DNA of 64,000 bases from Terriglobia bacterium (lineage in GTDB: Bacteria; Acidobacteriota; Terriglobia; 2-12-FULL-54-10), in assembly GCA_963666975.2 (NCBI GenBank), contig CAXVYR010000004.1, positions 320,001 to 384,000 on the forward strand. Reading direction: 5' to 3'. Shown one piece after another: positions 1-9,265 of the stretch. The stretch's first letter is position 1. Each line of letters begins with the position of its first letter. The position numbers and the translations under genes are program-made. The notes below the pieces were generated by a model, which was not told the origin of the DNA, did not search any database, and was given only the letters and a program-made list of their open reading frames with translations.

Positions 1-1
1 G

Positions 2-178
2 GGCCAGGCTACTGTGGACAACGCCACCGGCAAGGTGATCCCCTCACCCGGCACCCTGGAGGCGTTGCAAAAGTATATCGACCTGGCTCCCGACGGGCCG
101 AACGCCGCTGCGGCTAAAAGCCTGATCGACACGATGGGTGGTGCCGTGACCACCAGCGTTGATCTCTCAAAAGACTAA
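2..178 (+). CDS. 3' end of a TPR-type protein (truncated at window edge)
   Basis: Open frame GQATVDNATGKVIPSPGTLEALQKYIDLAPDGPNAAAAKSLIDTMGG...KD*, resembling C-termini of acidobacterial TPR proteins. Confidence 0.6.
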   Translation, partial: GQATVDNATGKVIPSPGTLEALQKYIDLAPDGPNAAAAKSLIDTMGGAVTTSVDLSKD

Positions 179-192
179 ACGAGTTAAATAAC

Positions 193-219
193 CGGGACAG
201 GGGCTGCGCCCCTGTCCCG
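193..219 (+). terminator. Strong hairpin after the first CDS, possible intrinsic terminator
   Basis: cgggacaggggc-tgc-gcccctgtcccg, 12-bp perfect stem; no immediate U-tract. Confidence 0.45.
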
Positions 220-315
220 CATGGATACAGCGCGGCAGCCGGCAATAGATCAGAGGGGGAGTTTTTTTTGCCTCTGACCTCTTCCTATCTTCTTCGATAA
301 ACGGACAAGCGTTTC

Positions 316-600
316 ATGCTTCGGATTCTGTTCATCATTGCCGTTGCCTGGCTGGTTCGGTTTCTGTGGAACACTCTGGCCGGAAAAACTTCCCGAACCC
401 ACTCCTCCCCGCCCAGCGGCCGTGGCCCCTCGACAGGATCAAAAGTGATAACGGGCCAAATGAAAAAAGACCCTCAGTGCGGGACCTATGTTTCCACCGA
501 ACTCTCTTTGAAATCCAGCTACCACAACGAAGTGCTCCATTTTTGCTCTCGCCAGTGCCAGGAGAAGTTCTTAGAGGCTCGAACCGGCAAGTCTGCGTGA
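316..600 (+). CDS. YHS/TRASH-domain membrane-anchored protein
   Basis: N-terminal hydrophobic helix; KDPQCGTYV...HFCSRQC motif. Confidence 0.8.
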   Translation: MLRILFIIAVAWLVRFLWNTLAGKTSRTHSSPPSGRGPSTGSKVITGQMKKDPQCGTYVSTELSLKSSYHNEVLHFCSRQCQEKFLEARTGKSA

Positions 601-749
601 CGCTCTGCCTTTTGCCCAGTAGTGTCCCCCAGTAGTGTCCCAAGGTTATCCTCTGAACGAACACCTCCTTTGATCCGCTCGCCAAGCAACCGGCAAGGAA
701 GAAGGAAGAATGTTACGCCCGGCTTTTGGGGGAATCTCTTCCTGGTTTT

Positions 750-1667
750 TTAGGAATGGTTGGAAAGGTCGCGGACGTGACGGATGCCCGCCTTGCGGCA
801 GCAGGCCTCCAGTTCCCGCACGATGCGAACGGTCGCCCGCGGATCGTAGAAGTTAGCCGTTCCCACCTGCACGGCGGCCGCCCCGGCGCGCAGGAACTCA
901 GCGGCGTCGGCGCCGCAGAGAATCCCGCCGATACCGATGACGGGAATTTGAACCGCGCGGGCCGTCTGATAGACCAAGCGTAATGCCTGGAAACGAATGG
1001 CGGGACCGGAAAGACCCGCTATTTTTCCAGGGATGGGCGGCTGACCTGGGGCAAGCCCGAATTGCATTCCCACAAACGTATTGACCAGGCAGAGAGCGTC
1101 GGCCCCGGCAGCCTCGGCGGCCTGCCCAAAGGAAACAATGTCGGTGACATTCGGTGAAAGCTTTACCAGCAAAGGACGGCGGGAGATTTTTCGCACGGCG
1201 GCGGTGACCTCGTGGGTCAACGCAGGGTCGCTTCCGAAGGTGATTCCCCCGCACCTCGTATTGGGACAGGAGAGATTCAGCTCATATGCTGCCAAGCCTC
1301 CTCCTGTGGCCTCCATACGCTGAACTACTTCCACGTAGTCTTCCGTCGTCTCTCCAAACACGTTGGCGATGACCGCAGTGCTCAGTTGCCCCAGCCGAGG
1401 AAGCTTTCCCCGCAGGAAGGCATCCACTCCAATGTTCTGGAGGCCAACGGAGTTCAGCATGCCGGAGGGAGTTTCCGCCAAACGGGGAGGCGGATTGCCT
1501 GCCATCGGCTCGCGCGAGAGGCCTTTCACCACCAGACCGCCCAGTTCATTCAGGTCCAGCAGCGGCTCAAACTCCACCCCATAACCAAATGTGCCGCTGG
1601 CTGCGATGACAGGGTTTTTTAGCCGCAGCCCGGCAAACTCCACCGCCATGTCGGGCGCTTCACTCAC
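750..1667 (-). CDS. pyrD: Dihydroorotate dehydrogenase family 1B catalytic subunit
   Basis: LKNPVIAASGTFGYG, GNPPPRLAET, NSVGLQN, ELNLSCPN, VKLSPNV motifs; GTG start at 1667 overlaps the upstream stop. Confidence 0.92.
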   Translation of the reverse strand: MSEAPDMAVEFAGLRLKNPVIAASGTFGYGVEFEPLLDLNELGGLVVKGLSREPMAGNPPPRLAETPSGMLNSVGLQNIGVDAFLRGKLPRLGQLSTAVIANVFGETTEDYVEVVQRMEATGGGLAAYELNLSCPNTRCGGITFGSDPALTHEVTAAVRKISRRPLLVKLSPNVTDIVSFGQAAEAAGADALCLVNTFVGMQFGLAPGQPPIPGKIAGLSGPAIRFQALRLVYQTARAVQIPVIGIGGILCGADAAEFLRAGAAAVQVGTANFYDPRATVRIVRELEACCRKAGIRHVRDLSNHS

Positions 1668-3435
1668 GAGGAGTGCCTTTGGTGAGGGTGGGCGTTGCTT
1701 GCTTCCCGGCAGGCGCACTCGGCAGGAGCGCCTCGCGCAAGACTCTTCCGGTAGCCGCAGCGGGCGGGTTGATCTGCAACACGGCAGCCAGGGTAGGAGC
1801 CAGGTCAGCCGGGCTCGCCTCGGTATGAAACACCTCTGCGCGGAAGGCACTCCCCCACAAAATCAGCGGAACTCGCCGGTCGTAGCTGTAGGGGGATCCG
1901 TGGTCCGTGCCGCCGCCGGGAAACGCCTCCACAAAAAACGGGGCGTAGCGCAATGCCAGGTTGCCTGCCCGCCCGGGAAAATAACTGCGTGCGTAAAGCG
2001 CCCGCATGGAATCTTCGTCAGCGCCCCCGTCCAACTGACCCGCCGTGTAATAGGCAACCACTCCATCCTGTTCAAGAGCTGCCTCTCCTGCCGCGCGGGC
2101 AACTTGTTCCCGGTCCAGACCGTGCCGCTCCATGGCCTCGTGATTGAGATAGATCCAGGGAGATACATAACTCTCGATCCACTCTTCACGGCCGAACTGC
2201 AAGGCCAGAGCCTCGTTGATTTCACCGGTAAGCTTTTGGGCGTCGATTCGCCCTCCGCCCAAGCGCGCGGCCTGCGCTTGCTCCGGCAGAGGCGCGACCC
2301 CGTGGTCGGAGCTGAGCCCTAAAATCACGTTCTGCAAACCCACACGGCGGTCGAGGAAACTAAAAAACTCCTCCATCTGCCGGTCGATGCGCAAAAACAT
2401 GTCTTCGACCAGAGCGGAATCCGGACCTACTTGATGACCCAAGTAGTCCGGGGAAGAAAGGGCGATCCAAAGAAGGTCCGCAGTCTGGTCCTCTCCCATT
2501 TGGTAAGCTTCCACTGCGGCCTCTGCCAGATCAAATTGCAACTGAGAGGAGAACGGCGTGGCGCCAAAGTCAAACCAGAACTTCTCCCTGCCCTGCGGAC
2601 CCGGTTCCAACTCTAAGCGGCGTTCAAAGGCCTCTCCTTCCAAGGGATTCCACTGCTTGCCGGCGTAGGTTTCGAGGCTGTGATCCTGATTAAATTGCAC
2701 GAGCCACTGCGGGAGCGATGCCATGTAATAGCTGGAAGTCAGGAAGCCCTCCGCGGCGATATCGAACCAGAAAACCGCGTTCGGATTTTTGCCCGCAGCA
2801 ATCACGGCAGCTTTATCCTTCATGGAAACGGAAATTACGCGGGAAGCTCCTCCGTTGGAGAGGCGCAACTCATCGCCGAGCGTTGTGCCCTCCAGCGCCC
2901 AGGGAGATGCTCCGTTCGAGCTTTCTTCAGGATTCCCCGGCAGGAACCTCTCAGCCAGGAAATTCCTAACCAGTGGATACGCTTCGTCCGCAGCCGCAGC
3001 CATCGTCCTTCCCCGTCCACGGTCATACCACGAGTTGCCGACAATCCCGTTGTGCCGGGGGTAAGAACCGGTAGCCAGAACCGCATGGCCTGGAGCGGTG
3101 GCCGTTGCGGCATACTCATACTGGCAATTGGCAAAGACCGATCCTTTCCGCAAAAAACGATTGAACCCGCCCGGCCCAAACCGGGAGCGGAAGCGCGTGA
3201 GATAATCGGATCGCAACTGGTCGATGACGATGATTACAACCAGTTTCGGCGCTTGCGCGTGCAGGCTGGAAAAACCAAATCCCAAAAGCAGCAAGACCAA
3301 AATAATTAGGTTGATTTTCTTCGCAGGCGGCGAGGAGATGCTCCTCTGCAATCGATTTGCTGGCCTCGCGTCATTGATTGGTTTCTTCATAACGTGTCCG
3401 GAAGTCGCCGTTCGCTGGTTGCACGAAATCAACAT
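1660..3435 (-). CDS. Alkaline phosphatase / nucleotide pyrophosphatase family (PafA-like), secreted
   Basis: PKLVVIIVIDQLRSDYL, TAPGH (catalytic Thr), DYLGHQVGP, SSDHG, HGSPYSYD; signal peptide; start may be 3390. Confidence 0.88.
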   Translation of the reverse strand: MLISCNQRTATSGHVMKKPINDARPANRLQRSISSPPAKKINLIILVLLLLGFGFSSLHAQAPKLVVIIVIDQLRSDYLTRFRSRFGPGGFNRFLRKGSVFANCQYEYAATATAPGHAVLATGSYPRHNGIVGNSWYDRGRGRTMAAAADEAYPLVRNFLAERFLPGNPEESSNGASPWALEGTTLGDELRLSNGGASRVISVSMKDKAAVIAAGKNPNAVFWFDIAAEGFLTSSYYMASLPQWLVQFNQDHSLETYAGKQWNPLEGEAFERRLELEPGPQGREKFWFDFGATPFSSQLQFDLAEAAVEAYQMGEDQTADLLWIALSSPDYLGHQVGPDSALVEDMFLRIDRQMEEFFSFLDRRVGLQNVILGLSSDHGVAPLPEQAQAARLGGGRIDAQKLTGEINEALALQFGREEWIESYVSPWIYLNHEAMERHGLDREQVARAAGEAALEQDGVVAYYTAGQLDGGADEDSMRALYARSYFPGRAGNLALRYAPFFVEAFPGGGTDHGSPYSYDRRVPLILWGSAFRAEVFHTEASPADLAPTLAAVLQINPPAAATGRVLREALLPSAPAGKQATPTLTKGTPRE

Positions 3436-3863
3436 CAGCTCCCGCCCGCCTCTTTACGATCCTCGCTTCTCTGCGATCCCTGCGAAAACCATACCACCGT
3501 GGCGCCCCAACTGCCAGCCCCCATCGGCGCATCTTCAAAGGAGGTCACAAAAGGTGTCCGCGCCAAAAGGGAGCGGACCAGGGAGCGTTGCACTCCTGCT
3601 CCTTTGCCGTGGATGATGCGGACGGTGGAGAATTCCATGGCCCGAGCCTCCTCCAGATAGGCCTCGACAACCGACTTCACATCGCGAGGGGCGAACGAGT
3701 GCAAGTCCAGCACGTCGGTCACTTCCAGCGGGACGGGCGCCAACGTTGCTTCTTCATCAGAGTCTTGTTGCCCGGCAGAAATACTCCGCTCTGGTTCCTT
3801 GGAATTTTCCATCTTTGCCGAGCCTCCGGTTAAGGTGCGAAGCATTTGCCAGAAGGACATCAT
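3435..3863 (-). CDS. Smr/MutS2 C-terminal domain protein
   Basis: LDLHSF, VRIIHGKG, GSWGATVV motifs. Confidence 0.88.
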   Translation of the reverse strand: MMSFWQMLRTLTGGSAKMENSKEPERSISAGQQDSDEEATLAPVPLEVTDVLDLHSFAPRDVKSVVEAYLEEARAMEFSTVRIIHGKGAGVQRSLVRSLLARTPFVTSFEDAPMGAGSWGATVVWFSQGSQRSEDRKEAGGS

Positions 3864-3902
3864 GGTCTCTCAAAGGGGTCTCTCAAAAGGGTCTCCCAAA
3901 AA
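3864..3902. repeat. 13-bp tandem repeat x3 immediately upstream of the smr start codon
   Basis: ggtctctcaaagg / ggtctctcaaaag / ggtctcccaaaaa. Confidence 0.7.
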
Positions 3903-3939
3903 GCCGGCTTCCCAACTCCCCTGACTCCCAAACAGAAAT

Positions 3940-4710
3940 TCAACGCTCCTCGCCTCCCACCATAGGAACAAAGCGGACAGAAATTACGGTGCGCTCTACG
4001 ATGTGGTCCGAGGTTTCGCTTTTCTCCAGCACCATCAGCTTTTGTGTTTTCCCTGCCTTCCCCACCGGTACTACCATGCGCCCGCCGCGTTTCAGTTGGG
4101 CCCTCAGCGCTGGAGGGATCTCCGGCGGAGCCGCCGTCACCAGGATGCCGTCAAAAGGCGCGTGCTCAGGCCATCCCAGGTAGCCATCGCCGATTCTCAC
4201 ACGGACATTGGCAAAGCCCAGCCGCTCCAGAAGACGCTCAGCGGCTAAACCTAAACGAGGCACAATCTCAATCGAGTAAACCTGCCTCGCCAGACGCGAA
4301 ACGACCGCGGCCTGGTAGCCGGAGCCGGTCCCAATTTCTAAAATGACATCCTCCGGCTGCGGCTGCAACAATTCCGTCATCAGGGCAACGATGTAGGGCT
4401 GGGAGATGGTCTGCCCATTCCCAATCGGCAGAGGCTTGTCTTGGTAAGCTGCGGCCCGCAGATGCGGCGGCACAAACAGATGACGCGGAACCTCGCGCAT
4501 CACTCGGAGAACTTTTTCATCGTGAACACCACGCGCGCGAATCTGGTCGCGCACCATGATTTCGCGACGCCGCTGGAAAGTTTTTTCGGCGGATATTTGT
4601 TCAGCAAGGCCTTGTTGAACAACCCCAGCCCAGCCAGCATAAACCAGCACGCACAGCGCAACCACCGTAAAAAAGAATTTGCAGGCTGGAAGTTTTTTCG
4701 GAAGGTTCAT
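3940..4710 (-). CDS. pcm: Protein-L-isoaspartate O-methyltransferase with N-terminal hydrophobic leader
   Basis: VPRHLFVP, AYQDKPLPIGNGQTISQPY, LEIGTGSGYQAA, APFDGILVTAA, VRFVPM. Confidence 0.95.
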   Translation of the reverse strand: MNLPKKLPACKFFFTVVALCVLVYAGWAGVVQQGLAEQISAEKTFQRRREIMVRDQIRARGVHDEKVLRVMREVPRHLFVPPHLRAAAYQDKPLPIGNGQTISQPYIVALMTELLQPQPEDVILEIGTGSGYQAAVVSRLARQVYSIEIVPRLGLAAERLLERLGFANVRVRIGDGYLGWPEHAPFDGILVTAAPPEIPPALRAQLKRGGRMVVPVGKAGKTQKLMVLEKSETSDHIVERTVISVRFVPMVGGEER

Positions 4711-4800
4711 TGCTCCACCGCTGCTATTGCCCTTCCAAGCGAGTGAAAGAACCTACTGCAGGAAGGAACCGCCTCGGACAACTAGCGCGAGGGCATCCCA

Positions 4801-5028
4801 TTACCTCAACACGCCAGGCGGTTCCAGGGCCTCTATGCTGGGCGCGAAGACCCAAATTCCCGTCTCGACCCGTTCAGCCTCCGAGGACCACTGCGAAGGT
4901 TCCACATACTCGTAGCAACGCTGGTAGAAATTGGGGATGCTTTCGTGAGGGAGATAGACCAAAGCGATGGTCGGCAGCAGTTCATTCTCCAGGAATTCAT
5001 CGGAAGGTCTTTGCTGGAACATTGACAT
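4801..5028 (-). CDS. Small hypothetical protein
   Basis: 75-aa ORF co-oriented between fmdE and pcm; no recognisable motif. Confidence 0.4.
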   Translation of the reverse strand: MSMFQQRPSDEFLENELLPTIALVYLPHESIPNFYQRCYEYVEPSQWSSEAERVETGIWVFAPSIEALEPPGVLR

Positions 5029-5057
5029 AGAGGATTCTCGCTTCCTTCCCGCTTCAC

Positions 5058-5645
5058 TCAGGACGACTGCACCGGCCGGTAGTAGGCTTCGCCATCGCAT
5101 GCATGGCAGAGCACATGGCCGTTGCGCCGCACTTCCCGCTTGAAATTGATGCCCTCGCCACATTGCTCGCAGATCACGCGCTCGCCTTTATATCCGGGGA
5201 ACTCCTCGGGCGGAAGCTCCACCTCCACCCATGCCTCGTCGAAAAGGTCCTTTTCGGACATCTGGCGATAGGCAGCCATCTGCTGCTGGTTCTTGTCGGC
5301 AACTTCCGGAAACAGGCAGCGCGCCTCCTGCTTGGAACTCTCCCTCGCCACCAGACGGATGGCTTTGTTCCCTTTGAGATCAACAAACGTGGCGGCCACC
5401 TTCCCCCAGTCCCGGAACTTCAGCGCCCGCTTGCCCAGCCTGCATCCGGTCACCACGACCACCGCGTCGGTGGCGCAACGGTCGATCTCAACAAAGGTTA
5501 CCAGCCGCTTGCGCTCACGAATGGGATCATCGATGCCCAAACGGATCAAGCCCAGCATGGCCATGCGAACGCCCAGCACCTGCCCGGCGCACAGGTGCCC
5601 GTGGGCGCGCTCCGCATCCTGGAGATATTCGTCAAGTGTCTTCAT
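5058..5645 (-). CDS. FmdE (formylmethanofuran dehydrogenase subunit E-like) family protein with C-terminal C4 zinc finger
   Basis: HGHLCAGQVLGVRM, EIDRCATDA, GCRLGKR, CEQCGE...CHAC. Confidence 0.9.
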   Translation of the reverse strand: MKTLDEYLQDAERAHGHLCAGQVLGVRMAMLGLIRLGIDDPIRERKRLVTFVEIDRCATDAVVVVTGCRLGKRALKFRDWGKVAATFVDLKGNKAIRLVARESSKQEARCLFPEVADKNQQQMAAYRQMSEKDLFDEAWVEVELPPEEFPGYKGERVICEQCGEGINFKREVRRNGHVLCHACDGEAYYRPVQSS

Positions 5646-5835
5646 GTTGCGCCTCGCTGGCCGGGAAGGGTCGATATGCGCCCGGCTAATTTGATTGTGG
5701 CAGAGAGCAAAAGGTGGGTCAACGGTGATGTGGACCTACACAGGTATGGAATAGCAATTCATTGCTCGATGAAATCTGGCGTCCACCACAGGGTTGCTCT
5801 CAAATCCTTCTCCGCCTTCACCTGGAATTTCTCCC

Positions 5836-5865
5836 TTGACTCATCCATAACTCAGGAGTTATAAT
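5836..5865 (+). promoter_or_regulatory. Sigma70-like promoter with overlapping palindromic operator for TA locus 1
   Basis: TTGACT-N18-TATAAT; perfect inverted repeat ATAACTC-AG-GAGTTAT at 5847-5862. Confidence 0.65.
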
Positions 5866-6007
5866 TACTTTTCTTTCTCGGGGGGGGGGGAAGAAATAAT
5901 AAGCGCGCCCCTTGCGACGACGCTTCAACCTAAACAATTTCACAGAAAGACTTTGAAGAAAACAAAGGAGGTCGCCAGATGACACAACTGAAGACAAGGA
6001 AACAGAA

Positions 6008-6382
6008 ATGGAAATTGGTAAGAAACGCAACAAGTGGACCATTGATGAATATGTGACAACTGGTGGTCAGAATTTGGTCATGGCCTTCCTCTCTAAGCAG
6101 ACCGGTCGGGCCAGGACCGAAGCAATTGCCTTGCTTAATCTCTTGCAGGAACGCGGAAATCGTCTCAGGATGCCCCATTCCAAGCCTCTTGGAGGCGGGT
6201 TATTTGAGCTTCGGAGGTTTCATGTGCGGATATTTTACATGTTCCGGTCGGGGCGTCGGATTACTCTCCTTGATGGGATGGTGAAAAAACAGGATCAGAT
6301 TCCGCCAAAGGTATTGGGTCGTGTGAGGCAGTATCAGAAGGAAATCGAGGCCAAAGATGCCGAGGCAACCCGGGGTCCGTAG
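6008..6382 (+). CDS. Type II TA toxin, RelE/ParE superfamily (HigB/Gp49-like)
   Basis: LRMPHSKPLGGGLFELR, RIFY, KKQDQIP; toxin-first order. Confidence 0.85.
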   Translation: MEIGKKRNKWTIDEYVTTGGQNLVMAFLSKQTGRARTEAIALLNLLQERGNRLRMPHSKPLGGGLFELRRFHVRIFYMFRSGRRITLLDGMVKKQDQIPPKVLGRVRQYQKEIEAKDAEATRGP

Positions 6383-6419
6383 CAATAGTCAGAGTTAGTG
6401 CTTTTCTATATTAGAGATT

Positions 6420-6767
6420 ATGAAAACTAAAAAGAAGAAGCGCTCGACTACACAGAGCGCGGTGATGAATTGGATCAATGAACAGATTGCCCGCGATTCC
6501 GAGCTTCAACAGCAAGTGGAAGAAATGCTGAACGAAATGCGGATTGAGCAAGACCTCGCCAAATTGAGGCAAGATCGGGGGTTATCACAGAGCCAACTCG
6601 CCAGGATACTCAGGGTAAGTCAACCTGCTATTGCTAAGATCGAGTCCGGAAGAGTGAAAAATCTCGAATTGAAAACATTGGTTCGATATGCAATCGCGCT
6701 TGGCAGTAGAGTCAAGATAGAGGTGAAACCGGCCCAGGAACACCCCATCACTCGCCCACGAAAGTAG
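6420..6767 (+). CDS. XRE-family HTH antitoxin (HigA-like)
   Basis: LRQDRGLSQSQLARILRVSQPAIAKIESG HTH downstream of the toxin. Confidence 0.85.
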   Translation: MKTKKKKRSTTQSAVMNWINEQIARDSELQQQVEEMLNEMRIEQDLAKLRQDRGLSQSQLARILRVSQPAIAKIESGRVKNLELKTLVRYAIALGSRVKIEVKPAQEHPITRPRK

Positions 6768-6837
6768 GGGCATCCCACAGGTTTCAGGATATGCCCTCCT
6801 GTAGTTCCCATAAATGTCAGTTTAAATTTCGGTTAGT

Positions 6838-6942
6838 TCACATTATCTCCTTCTCAAATAGAAGGCGCTCGAAACGACCCTTCTGAGTCCTGCCTGCTTC
6901 CCGAAATCCATTTTTCCAATAGAGTTTTTGGGCGGCTGTTTG
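6838..6942 (-). pseudogene. C-terminal fragment of a GNAT acetyltransferase
   Basis: QTAAQKLYWKNGFREAGR...LLFEKEIM* resembles GNAT motif B and C-terminus; upstream sequence in frame is unrelated. Confidence 0.55.
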
Positions 6943-7328
6943 CCAGTATGCTGGGGCGGATCGATGGACTATCGCTTCCGTCGGGATAGCATCAGTTGTG
7001 GCACACAAGAAATCGAACCGATTCTTTCCCAGGAATGGAGTGGTGTTTGAAAAGGTGGTTTTGGAAGCCGGGCCGACGGACTCCTGGACCCGGAGAGGAT
7101 CGCTCGGAGCCCTTAGACAGAAGAACTCTGCTGGAAGGGTCCAATGGAAGACCAATGGTTGTATACTCACGAGTGCCGGAGAGCCAAAAAACTAATTCCG
7201 GCCAAAACCAGTTTCACAGCCCCTCACTGTGATGTAGGCTCACACTGCCAGTGGTACAAAAAATCGGGCAGGTCACAATCGTTCCCTAAAAGGAAGGTCC
7301 TATCAAAGCGAAAGCCTACCGCGCGCCA

Positions 7329-8989
7329 ATGGCAACGTCCCGGGGAGTCACCACAGGTGGTCTGCCCCCGGACCTGCTTCTCACGGCCGCCAGGCGGCTC
7401 GGAGCCATCTGCCTAATCTACGCCTTCGCCTTCTTCATGGCGGGCATATTTCCGCTGCTGGTTCTCGGGAGCTGAGCTCCGAGGCGACCCGGGACTTCGC
7501 CCAGAGGTACTTCGCCCAGAGGTTGGCCGTCGGGTGGTGGGTCGGAGCGTTTTCGATCGCTTTGTCTCTAATCGTATTTGGTATCTCCAGGAGCCGGCGC
7601 ATCCCAGTAACCACGCTCCTGAACATCGGGCTGATCTTCGAGGTAACGGGCAGCTTCGGCATTGCCCTTGCCGAGTACTGGGGGATACTCAACCAGACCG
7701 TGGTGTCATCGATGGAGATGGAGGGGCTTGGCCTGTCCTGGGTGGCGGTCTGGATGATCGTGTTCGCGGTCGTGATCCCGACCCGGCCGGGAAGAGCGCT
7801 CGTTGCCGCGCTTGCGTCGGGCGCCGCCGTTCCGATCACGGTCGCCCTGACGATTCAGTATGGCGGAACACTCCTCCGAATCACGCCCAGTGAATTCTTC
7901 TTCGTTTTTATCCTACCGTATCTGATCTGCACGGTGATGGCCTACGCGTCCGCGCGTATCATCTACCGGCTCGGGACCGACGTGCAGCGCGCCCGCGAGA
8001 TGGGAAGCTACCGGCTGGAGGAGCGCATAGGCCAGGGCGGCATGGGCGAGGTCTGGCTAGCGAGGCACCGGATGCTGGCGCGACCGGCGGCTGTCAAGCT
8101 CATTCGGGCCAGCCATCTGGGCGCGGAGGGAGAGGACGCAGGGCGGACGGTGCTCAAGCGCTTCGGACAGGAGGCTCAGGCGACGGCCGCCTTGCGCTCT
8201 CCACACACGATCGAGGTGTACGACTTTGGGCTCTCCGATGACGGCACGTTCTATTACGTCATGGAGTTGCTCGACGGGATGGACCTCGACACGCTGGTGA
8301 AGCGCTACGGACCACAGCCGCCCGAGCGCGTCGTCCATATCCTGCGACAAGCCTGTCACTCGCTCCACGAGGCGCACGACGTGGGCCTCATCCATCGCGA
8401 CATCAAGCCGGCTAATCTGTTCATCTGCCGCTACGGCTCCGACCTGGACTTCGTGAAGGTGCTGGACTTCGGGCTTGTCTCGGAGCGCTCCCGAAGCGCC
8501 AGCGACGAAACCAAGCTGACGCGAGAGGGAACGGTCGTCGGCTCTCCCGCCTTCATGCCGCCCGAGATGGCACTTACGGAGCATCCTGTGGAAGGGCGTG
8601 TGGACCTGTACGCGCTGGGATGCGTGGCCTACTGGCTGCTCACCGGATCCCTGGTCTTCGAGTCGGATTCACCCATGGAGATGATCGTCAAGCATGCGCG
8701 GGACACGCCAGAGCCGCCCTCGGCCCGAAGCGAGCTCGACATCCCGGAAGCGCTGGATCGCATCGTGATGGCATGCCTGGAGAAGGATCCGGCGAGACGG
8801 CCGCAGACGGCGCGCGAACTCTCCGACCGACTTGCTGAGCTGCAGCTCGATCCATTGTGGACGGAAGCGCGAATGAGCCTCTGGTGGGAAGCGTACGCGC
8901 CGCAGGTACGTTCGAGCAGCTCCCAGCAAAGCGAAAGCCCGGGAGCTGCGCCTTCCGCTCGAGGGGCCTTGCTGCTCGGGCCGAAGTGA
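7329..8989 (+). CDS. Hanks-type Ser/Thr protein kinase with N-terminal multi-TM sensor region, apparent frameshift near 7470
   Basis: GQGGMGEVW, AVKLI, IHRDIKPANL, DFG, GSPAFMPPE, DLYALG in ORF 7523-8989; ORF 7329-7475 (LPPDLLLTAARRLGAICLIYAFAFFMA) looks like the missing N-terminus in another frame. Confidence 0.85.
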
Positions 8990-9171
8990 GACGGCCCGAC
9001 AATCCCGGTCAGGTCAGTAACCTGATCTCACAAGCCCCTGCACCATGCCAATCGTCGTTAACACTGGACCAGTCAACCAAAAGACAGGGCGCCGATTAAT
9101 GTTGGGTGCGACCGCTGGATCACTGTAACCGCGACCAAATCGTAAAACCACTTTGGAATGTGAAAATGGAA

Positions 9172-9225
9172 ATGCAGATTCCATACTTCATCGTGGTCAG
9201 ATTCAATGTAACGCCGGATTTCCAT
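9172..9225 (-). pseudogene. N-terminal fragment of a GNAT acetyltransferase
   Basis: GGAG then ATG, MEIRRYIESDHDEVWNLH resembles GNAT beta1-alpha1; similarity stops abruptly. Confidence 0.5.
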
Positions 9226-9265
9226 TACTCCAACTTGGCGGTATGCAACCCATACAACAGGCTGC

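Noticed and set aside
5880-5890. Intergenic poly-G tracts (G11 here, G12 at 48139-48150) as phase-variable switches
   Set aside because: They are outside coding frames and not between recognisable -35 and -10 boxes; no evidence without reads.
6810-6840. actaac...ctgac after the GNAT remnant as an attC half
   Set aside because: Not RYYYAAC, no palindrome, and no complementary core upstream.
7228-7244. TGTGA-N7-TCACA as a CRP/FNR-type site
   Set aside because: Spacer is 7 rather than 6 and there is no supporting promoter.
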